Source: Paramoeba atlantica (Eukaryota > Protista > Discosea). From it: DNA of 64,000 nt. Shown one piece after another: positions 1 through 9,391 of this stretch. The stretch spans positions 54,201-118,200 of the forward strand of contig CDRNVI010000075.1 in the NCBI GenBank assembly GCA_977017575.1, read 5' to 3'. Made by a program: the position numbers and the translations under genes. The notes below the pieces were generated by a model, which worked only from the letters and a program-made list of their open reading frames with translations, had not been told where the DNA came from and searched no databases. The number at the start of each line of letters is the position of its first letter. Position 1 is the stretch's first letter.

Positions 1-1347
1 CCGCATTTTGTACAGCCCATGATGTGTGTCAAGATTGAATCGGAGTCAAGAAGAATTCTGCAGCCGGGGCATGTGATGTGTGATGGCAGATCTGGGTGAG
101 CGATCCCCAATCGGGGCATGACGGCGAGACTGAACAGGTGTGATGGTATGAGTCGCGCGTCAGAGTGCGTCCATCCATTATTGCCTTTGTGTGTTACTTT
201 TTCGAGTACCTTCGCTATGTTTGATTGCTCGTGGGTCATCTTTTTCCAAATTTTGATGTGCTTTTGAGCCGCCGTCGTGGTTTCGTCTACCGGAGGTATG
301 TTGCTCTGAAGGTGGTCCGCTGATCCAACATTTCGCTCCCTGATTCCATCTGTCCGAGCTGAATTGTTTATGGGGCGCTCAAGAACAGAGTGGCATGAGG
401 AGCGGTACGCGGCCTCTCGCGTGGAAGAGCAGTCTGTCAAGCCAAGTCCTCCTTTTTTTGTGGGCATTCGCAGCAACGCGATTTGTTCATCCGAGAGATG
501 TCCGAACCATGATGTAAGAACGTTTTCTACCTCTTTGTCGAATCGGGTCGCTAGTTCAGCTGAAGCGGTGGGGTTGTGTGCACGGAGGTGGTAGGCCTGT
601 CTAACGTTTATACATCTGGAAAGCAGATTGCACGATACATTGTTAACCCCCATCAATTTGAGCCGTCGGAAGCTGTCGTTGTGCTTCGTCAGTGACTGTA
701 TTAGGCGTTCGCTGACCGATTTGTCGTCCCCGATGAAAGCCCCAAGGATTTTTGTTGCTTTTTTTTTGGTGATTACCCCGGCGCTCTCTAATTCTTGTGG
801 TAATGGTTCTTCTTCCAGTCCGCCAAACCAGACACATTTTTTGGGAGCAACTATTAGATTTTGTTCCTCTAGAAGCGTTTTTAGTCGGGAGAAGGCACTG
901 GCCAATCGCTCGGGGTTTTTTGACGCAATAGTTACATCATCGACATAAGCGTTGATTGTGATATCAGGGTGCTCTGCAGACAGAGTTTCAAGGATTGGTT
1001 GCAATAGGGCACAGAAATAAACCGATGAAAGTGTGGACCCTTGTCGGACACCATTTGTGCTTGGAATTGTTCCTACATGGTGACCTTGATTTCCGTAGTA
1101 TAGCAACTCAGATGCCGTTGCGTATTCAGCATGGAAAAACCTCTGGAAGGGTTTCAATGTAGCAAGACCATATACGGCTTTCGCCAGGGCTGGTCGCGAT
1201 GGGGAGTTGAAGGCGTTTTTTACATCTACGGATAGGATGCACGAGCCGTCGCGATATAGGGAGTTTAGCCGATGTACAATCTTCTCGCAGCCTGACTTAG
1301 ATAGAACTCCTTGTTGGAGCGGCGCAAATAGCGGTTGCAGGGTGGGT
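1..1347 (-). pseudogene. CRE/SLACS-like non-LTR retrotransposon RT fragment (subfamily B), runs off the window start
   Basis: Hand translation gives an open frame missed by the ORF track: ...VDVKNAFNSPSR...GVRQGSTLSSVYFC...NAYVDDV...CVWFGG...GGLGL...CPGC..HIMGCTKC, collinear with ORF 43560-46568. Confidence 0.9.
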
Positions 1348-2262
1348 TCAAATCGCTGAACAAGGACCAAGCCAGAAAGTTCCATTCGAACGATCCAAAA
1401 GTGCTTTCCCATCTTTCATATTCTGTTGGGCTGAGTCTCGCGCTGTTTCCTCCGGCGGGAATGGTCGCCGACGTCTGTTGCGATTGGATTGTTGTCGAAG
1501 TGTAGCTTGTTGTCGAAGTGCAATTGTCTCCAGTATTGGCTGAAGAAAGGAGCAGAAGTATAGTGTCGACAACGGCGACCCTTGGCGAACTCCAGCCGAA
1601 CTTTCAACTGTTGAAAACAGTTCCCCGTTCTTTCCGTAAAAGAGGAGTTCAGACGCTGCCCCATATTCGGCAACAAATAGTCGCTGAAAAGGACGAAGGG
1701 CGCTAAAAGCAAAAATTGCTTTTGCAATCTCGTCGCGTGAAGGGCTATTAAAAGCGTTCTTCATATCCAACGAGAGGATAGCACACCCTTCCATATATCG
1801 TCGATTGAGTTCGTGAACAATAGTCTCGCAGCCAGCGCGACTCATCACCCCATGCTGCATCGGCAGGAAAAGCTTTTCAAATTTATGTTCGTTACGCAGA
1901 AGAAGGATTAGTCCAGCCAACTTGAGAAAAATTTCTCCCATTGCCACCGGTCGAACGGCTTGAGCTGTTTTAGGGAGTGCAACTAAGCGTGCTCTCCGCA
2001 GTCTGCGCATTACATCCTTGGACAGCATTCCGTTAATTAAATCGCACATCATGTGGCTTAGACTCGTGCAACAGATCTCATCGTCCAAGAGCAGACGAAT
2101 GATGGCCTCTGTGGTACCGGATGGACCTGGGGCGGCGCCTTTTGCGAGTCTCTTTCCTGCTTCTCGGAGTTCATGGGGCGGGATACATGCTACCTTCGGG
2201 GCGTCGGTGGGAAGCTCAAAAGAAATCGGTAAAGATGGGTGTAGGTTTTGTAATTGAGACAA
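1348..2262 (-). pseudogene. CRE-like RT N-terminal half (subfamily B), truncated near 1520
   Basis: KGAAPGPSG, RLVALPK..AVRPVAMGE, DMKNAFN, GVRQGSPLS motifs. Homology stops after LQPILETIA at a 14-nt junction duplication. Confidence 0.9.
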
Positions 2263-2295
2263 TTTTTCTTCGTCCCCTAATGATGTTTCGGTGAT

Positions 2296-2337
2296 GTCTT
2301 AACAAAAAGATGGTCTTAACAAAAAGATGGTCTTAAC
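2296..2337. repeat. 17-nt minisatellite (GTCTTAACAAAAAGATG) x2.5
   Basis: Read directly; lies next to a CRE fragment boundary. Confidence 0.85.
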
Positions 2338-2564
2338 GACAACAAAGCATAATGCGCTTGTTAGGTATATATACGAGCTATGCTTGAAAGCTATATGAAC
2401 TATATGCTAGAACTACATTGTAAATGGAAATATTTGTGGTGCATTTGTAGGAATTTGGAGTATGCCAGACGCATACGTTTAAACTTTAATATAATAAAAT
2501 AAAACATCATTTCTTCTTTCAGTTAATGAAAATTCGTAACCAATTCGTAATCTTTACGGATTCT

Positions 2565-4668
2565 TTACGATTGCAGTGAACCCAGCCACGATGCTCGGGG
2601 TAGATAATCGCGCAGTTGCGCAACTATTGTATATGCATTAAGCTTTTCAATCTCAAGTTGAAAAGCTTCTAGTACTTCAGGGACTTTAAGTTCGGCTTTC
2701 TTTGCTAGACAGGAAAGGAGATTTTTCGTATGGCTGTGTAAGAAACCGCCTTCTGTCATGGAGATGCAGCGAAAAAAGTCTTCATCAATCCCCCCCTTCT
2801 CAACGTATTTCTTCTGCTTTCTCTCAATAGCATTTTGCAGGAGCTGAGCTTCTGTCATTTTTCGATAGCTTGGGCTACCGGTGTGGACAACTGTGAGGTC
2901 GTAAAGTACTTCACCCATATGTGGCCACATAATTCCGAGGTCGGGGCCTGACCTTATTCTTCGTGCGCGGCACGGATGGTTATCAATCGCATCAGCGGAG
3001 ACGTGTGCCTTGCACTTGGTACAATAGAAGGATGAATAAGTGCGAGGTTCTATGACGGACTGGAGGCCTGCTTTTGAGCAAAGTTCGGCTAGAAAGCGCA
3101 CTAGAGATGAGTGTTTTCGTGTAGCGTTCATTCCAGAACACTTTGTACAACCCACAATGTGGTGAAGGATTTCCTCTGATTTTATCTGAGCAGCGCATCC
3201 AGGGCAACTCACTTGATCCGGCAACGAAGGCGGTTTGATGTCTTGATCTAACACGCGCGTCGCTTTCTTAATCGCTCCTTCCAAAACCAGTCGTGTCGCT
3301 TTTTTGACTGCTCTCAGATCTTTAGACTTTTGCTCCACTTCACTGTTTCCTGCGTTCGTCTCCTGAGTTTGAATTGGGCGGCGACGACGCTTTTTTCCAA
3401 TGAGATGGCGCACTGTTTCATTGCCGACATGGTTCTGTGCCAGATTTGATTTCGGTGGTCGTAAGAAGAATCTGCGTAATCCCGCATTATGTCACGATAG
3501 ATAGAGACAACACAGGGCACAAACTCTGCACTGACAGTCCGCATGGTTGGCATTGGATCGAAATCCAAGTCTGCTTCCGTATTCCTTTAGCGTCCACATT
3601 GATTCTGCTTTTTGAATCCTTTCGATGTAGCCATTGTATTGAATAAACTCTCACATTAGAATTTGGAGGAATGAACCCACGAAATTGCTCGCCGCATTTG
3701 TACCCTTCTATACCTTCATACTGGAGAGACATCCGTCCGATTCCGGCACGCTTCTTAACCGACTTAACCACACCTTTCGATATATTCAGCTGCGAGGAAT
3801 CGCTGAAGCACCATGCCATCAAGCACGAGTCCCCTTGTTTCGCCATTTTTGATGAATCCCAGACGGTATCCGGTGCCAGTGGAAACTTCTCCGTTGGGTT
3901 TATCGACTTATTCAACTTCTCTATCATCTCGGCCTCCTTGGCAACTTCTATGACAGACTCTGTTTCAGCAGGAAGTTCAAAGTTCGGCATCGTGATATTG
4001 TTTTCGTCAACTACCTCGTGCAGTGTCGTAGACCCGTCAACCCTTCCCGTGCTCAATAGGGTGTCCTCAGGAGTTAAACAGTCGGCGTATGTCTGACATT
4101 CGACATCTGCGTCCTGCGTCGGCTGTTCGGCTGAAGTTTCGTCATTCGTCGCAGTGATCGACTCAGTCGTCGTAGTGACTGGCCAAACGACGCTTGCCTG
4201 AGACTCGGTATTGACGTCCTGCATCCCTAACGTTTGTTCCGCTGAAGATTCTGTATTTATCGTAGTGATCGGGAGGCAATCTAACTTTGATATCGTTCTT
4301 CTTTCTTTTCCTCGAGCGGTTTCTGCAATTTGGCGTTCCCTTGTCTCACGCTCCTCGGCTGTAGGAACACCGTGCAGTGTCAGCAGCCCATTCCACACAG
4401 TCTTTCCGACCACTCCAGCAACCTTACCGAGTGTTTGAAGACGCGAAGATGGTTCAGAGTGGGGAATTTCATTACTTGAGCTTATCGTTGTGTGATTTTC
4501 TTGTTGCTGTTTTCCAATGATCACTTTTATGCGAGGTTTGCGTGAGGGGATTGCCGTGGTCACTGAGTCTTCGCACTGCCTACGTGACGTTTCAGCTGCT
4601 TTCTCTTTTGTTTTCTTTTCTTCCTCTGCGCGTGCGTCCAATTGCTTTTTCAACTCACTGAATGACAT
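2565..4668 (-). mobile_element. RT-less CRE-like derivative: N-terminal region fused in frame to Zn finger + RLE
   Basis: ORFs 3487-4668, 3314-3568 and 2565-3413 are linked by two frameshifts. The N-terminal part matches 43560 (MPTMRT..EFVPCVV, RRRRP, KATRVLDQ), then jumps near 3230 to CPGC..HIVGCTKC, GPDLGI, YDLTVVH, FQLEIEK. Confidence 0.85.
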
Positions 4669-5200
4669 GCGAAAATTTCTTTCTGTATCATCGTTTCCGG
4701 TCGGCGGCGGGATTGGATTTTTTTTTTTTTTTTTTTTGAGAAACTATCCAATAATAATAAAAAGAAGCAATTTATGCCCAATTCATTCGCGCGTTCCAAA
4801 TCTTCATTTTTTTTTTTTTTTACTTTCCGCAGGTGTATGACTTAAAAAAAATCGCATTTTCTTATCTATTACCATAAAGTTACATAGTATGACCGGTCTT
4901 TTCAGATAATGAATAATATGATTTTCTCTCATGTGTTGAGCCGGAACCAAAATTACTTTCTCAAGTTTTCATAATTAAGGAACTAACATCTCCAGGAACT
5001 AAACGGAACAACAACGCATGCTCACATGCGTCCGTTTCTTTCTTCCAATATGCAGGAAAAGGAATATGGTTTTTAATATGAGAGAGAAGAAGAGAAGTCT
5101 GATTTAACCAATGCAGGCAATCCCAATGAATAAAAAAAAAAAGGAGAAGTGACACGTAAACTCCTGAAGAAGAGATTGATAATTAATAAAGAATGGTTGA

Positions 5201-5400
5201 TTAAATCGCCGTATCTTCTCGGCTCTGCGGCACTAGAAATTTGCCAAGTTGCGAGAGAACAACCGATCCGTTGAATTCTTGTAATCGAAGTGTAAAATCT
5301 TGGATCACGTAATCCCGCGCTAATCCACACGCGTCGGCTAAAGCGAGAAGTAGGTTCTTTGTGTTAGCGTGCATAGCTCCTCCTGCAAGCATCGGTATGC
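5201..5400 (-). pseudogene. CRE-like extreme 3' fragment (subfamily B)
   Basis: LAGGAMHANTK...LQEFNGSVVLSQL aligns with LSGGAMHDNLK...LQELNGAVTFSQL at the end of 43560-46568. Confidence 0.8.
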
Positions 5401-5440
5401 ACTGAAATTGGATTTGGGGGATCTATCCCGAAAATGAAAT

Positions 5441-5668
5441 CTATATAATTTTATAAGCTGACTCAGCTTTTTTTTTTTTGATGATTCTGATTCGTGGCGT
5501 TTTCTTCGGTTTTGTCGGGGTGGGGGTAGTAGTTGTTCCGATGATTCTTATTTGTGGTATTCTCGTCTTTGTCGGGGTGGGGGGAATGGTCTCGCCAAAT
5601 TTGTCGCCCGAAAAGTCATTGACTACGTGCTTTTTCTCCTTGTTCTTTTTTTTTTTTATAATGAACAC
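5441..5668 (-). pseudogene. Possible CRE N-terminal remnant with internal duplication
   Basis: KPKKTPRIRII resembles KPKKTPRVRVI at the start of ORF 35342-38572. Confidence 0.45.
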
Positions 5669-5944
5669 CTTTTTTATAAGAACACCTTTTTGATTATTTT
5701 ATTTATAACATTTATTTATAATATTTGGATAAAATGAGCTTACTTGTTTGCTACAAAATAATTTCTTCGTGTTCGCGCGTAGACAAAGAACAGTGACAAA
5801 GAACACTACATATATTTTTTTTGCAAACGCCTAGACGATGCCGTCCAGCGTACCACTGAACACTTCTTTCAACGTATGTAGTGAAGTGTAGCAAAAAATG
5901 TAAAAAAATTCATTCGACCAATTCTCTCCGTAAACTATAAAAAA

Positions 5945-6342
5945 TCATCTGGTATTTTATCTTATGTGCCGTCATCACTGTTTTTTGTGTGTTATCTTGC
6001 GTGCTTTTGGCACGATTTCCGGAGTAACTTCAAAGATTCAGCCTTGCAGACTTCCTACCCAATGTTCTTGGGCCATATATATAAACTTTTAGAACTTGAT
6101 AAAATTGATAACCATTGCAAATACTCAGTTGCACTTTTTTATCTATCTTTATCATCAAAGTCTGTCCTAAGATGTTGCAACGTCTTGAGATTAAAACCAA
6201 AACCTCATCTGGTATTTTATCTTATGTGCCGTCATCACTGTTTTTTTTGTGTGTTATCTTGTGTGCGTTTGGCACGATTTCCGGAGTAACTTCAAAGATT
6301 CAGCATTGCAGACTTCCTACCCAATGTTCTTGGGCCATATAT
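5945..6342. repeat. Direct duplication (~136 nt) of a CRE 3' end/UTR: 5945-6080 and 6205-6342
   Basis: Near-identical text in both copies; part recurs near 30650-30690. Confidence 0.85.
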
Positions 6343-7540
6343 TGCCGCAGTTGCGAGAAGATAGTGTATGCGGAGAATTTTTCAATTTCCAATTGGAATG
6401 CTTCTCGAGTGTTTTCTGCGTCTAGGCCTGCCCTATTTGCCAGTGTCTTGAGGAGTTCCTTAGTTTCCTTGTGAAGAAGACCACAATCTGTTACTGGTAT
6501 GCAGCGAAAGTATTCTTGGTCCAATCCTTTTTCCTGCACATATTTCCGTTGCTTACGGTCTACCGCATTTTGGAGGAGGGCAACGCTTGTCTGCCGCTTG
6601 TAGCTCCCACAACAAGTGTGCACCACTGTCACATCATAGAGTATCTCCCCAACATTTGGCCACATTATGGCCAGATCAGGGCCTGAACGAATTCTCCGAG
6701 CACGACAAGGGTGATGTTCTGCAGCTTCAGGTGAAATGGAACATTTGCACTTCGTGCAGAAGAAGGAAGAATGAAGGCGTGGTTCTATAGCGCAGGGTAC
6801 TCCAGCTTTGGCACAAAGATCGGAAAGGTAGCGCACGATGTGGGAGTGCTTTCTCGTACAGTTCATCCCTGCACATCTTGAACACCCAGCTACATGTGGA
6901 ATGATTCCATGTGGTGTTTCCGTGGCGCCGCATCCTGGACAAGTAATTTCATTCGGCGCACCTTGGAGTGCGATACCAAGCCGCATCATGAGTGTATATC
7001 GGAAGAGATACGGATTCACGTAATTATTTGTCGCTGCTAAGTGGAGATTTGCTTCTTTTGATCGCTTCATAATGCCCGCAAATCTGTCCTTTTGCATCAG
7101 TTCTGAAGCCAGTGTTTCATGTTCTAGCTTAATCTGCTTTTAGAAATCAGTACGTGCAGCGTGGCTGGAAATTTTCTTGTGGTTGGCACCTTTCCGCTCT
7201 CCCGTGATATCTACTGGAGCGTTAGTGGGTTTAAGTTGCTCATCAATAGAATTACGGGAAATCGCAAAAAGATAGCGTTGCTTCAATATCGTCGATGTTA
7301 TGCCTAAGCCGCCCATCTTACATGGTAGAGAAGCTAGTCGGAGGGCTTCATCATCTGCATTGCACCATCGTCTCAACACTTTGTGGATTTCTTTATCAAA
7401 TACCTCAGCGAGGGAAAACGTTGCCTCTGGAACGTGCACTCTAAGATGATAATCGTGACGTGGAAGAGTACACCGACGCAGGATTGCTAGCGACAGGTTA
7501 CTTGGCCCCATCACCCGTAGACGACGAAAAAGACATTCAT

Positions 7541-8309
7541 GAAATCAGCGTCTTCTTTCTCACACATAATGAACAAGAATAAATAAAATGAAACCAATTC
7601 CTAAATCATGTAATATCTTTCTTCATAAAGCAATTCAAAGAATTCAACTGCTTTAGTATCCTCACCACCTATCCATGAAAAGAAATTAAGGTACCTGGCC
7701 ATTTCAATCAAACTTACAGTATTTGAAACAAATCCACAACAAACTCCTTTACTTACGAACGGGCATCCCGTCCGCCAACTCCGCGAAGTGGTTGGGGGTT
7801 GGTGGGCGGGCGCAATAAAAAGGTTAGAGAAGGAGTGTCACTATACCAAACTAAATAAATGAAATCTCTAAACAAAACAAACAAATCATATCTCATAATA
7901 TAAATATTATGTGCCCCCAAGGGCCATTATATCAATCATCCTAAATTTCTAAACGTACACTTATATAAACAAAACAAACAAATCATATCTCATAATATAA
8001 ATATTATGTGCCCCGAAGGGCCATTATATCAATCATCCTAAATTTCTAAACGTATACTTATAGAAATCAGCGTCTTCTTTCTCACACATAATGAACAAGA
8101 ATAAATAAAATGAAACCAATTCCTAAATCATGTAATATCTTTCTTCATAAAGCAATTCAAAGAATTCAACTGCTTTAGTATCCTCACCACCTATCCATGA
8201 AAAGAAATTAAGGTACCTGGCCATTTCAATCAAACTTACAGTATTTGAAACAAATCCACAACAAACTCCTTTACTTACGAACGGGCATCCCGTCCGCCAA
8301 CTCCGCGAA
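7541..8309 (-). repeat. Split direct repeats of YR element 1: B2 7541-7787, linker 7788-7810, A2 7811-8062, B1 8063-8309 (A1 = 12350-12601)
   Basis: B copies are 247 nt and A copies 252 nt, apparently identical; A contains an internal ~96-nt duplication. Confidence 0.92.
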
Positions 8310-8468
8310 CCAGCCCGCTCGCACGTAATACTACCACCCGAGCGCATGTGTTTTCAGCAAATGGTGGCGGCCACCTACTGAAACACCTACATATATAGCC
8401 TACATATATAGTATATTATTTTTATTTTTATTTTTTTGAGTACTACATTATTTCTGATTTGAATACTT

Positions 8469-9380
8469 TCATAACCGGCTAATCGGGTCCGCGGGGTTAT
8501 CGGCAGATTTTGTGTAGCGAGCCATAATGCATACGCCAAGATTCTGATTCTTTTTGAGTATATGTTTGAGCTCCCCCGCAATGCTATCTGATTTTGCAAC
8601 TTTACGATTAAGGGCAGCTTTGCACGACGTATTATCTATAAAGAGGTCCACACAAGTCCCCTTTTGAAAGTGGTGGCCCAGTTTTTCAAATGCCAGTCGA
8701 ACTGCCATAGCCTCCGCATGATTAACTTCATATTTAAATTCCGGTTCCCACGAGTCCCCCACAATGATCACTTGACCATCGTCCCGGTACAGAACTGCCC
8801 CCCATCCTTTAGCGGACGCGTCCGTGTAAAGACTATGCCTATGAGGAACGACATCCGGGTGTGGTGGCGGTGCGATTGGTTCGTTCCGTAAAATGATATT
8901 CCTCCAGTCCGCCAGGATAGAACGAGTTGCTGTCGGAAGCGGAACAGGATACTCCGCCAGTTTGGGATTTCTATTGAGCTCATTGATCCGTCGTCGAACA
9001 ATCTTTAAAGGAAAATGATACTCAGGAATGATATGTCCCAAGACCGCTGCCGCGTAGAGGAGGCGCCCCACCGCCGTCTCCAGTTGAGAAAACGTTATGT
9101 TACGATAGCGATCGCGCGACATTTTTTGTAAAACCCTAGGTCCCAGGCTGACCTTGTGGGTTTCATGATTGTACAGGACTCCATTGAACACATATTCCTT
9201 GGAAGGGTCGGATCCGGTCTCCTTAAATAAGCCACCGACTTGAGCACACCGTCCGTCAACAAAGTTAACAAATTTGATGCATTCTTCACGGGTTCCGGCA
9301 AATCGAATACCGTCTATGTAAATATCCACGGAGCCAATACAGGAGCCCAGTGTGGGCTTGCATACAGCGGAGTCGCACGC
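8469..9380 (-). pseudogene. RT C-terminal part + DIRS-type RNase H of YR element 1
   Basis: DIYIDG, YVFNGV, YTDASAKGWG, EVNHAEAMA, FIDNT, SADNPADPISR. Confidence 0.9.
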
Positions 9381-9391
9381 GATAGCTGCTG

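Noticed and set aside
4670-4700. SL-like AACGATGATACAG upstream of the 3487-4668 ORF
   Set aside because: Lacks TTTCTGTACCTTGTTG; compatible with chance.
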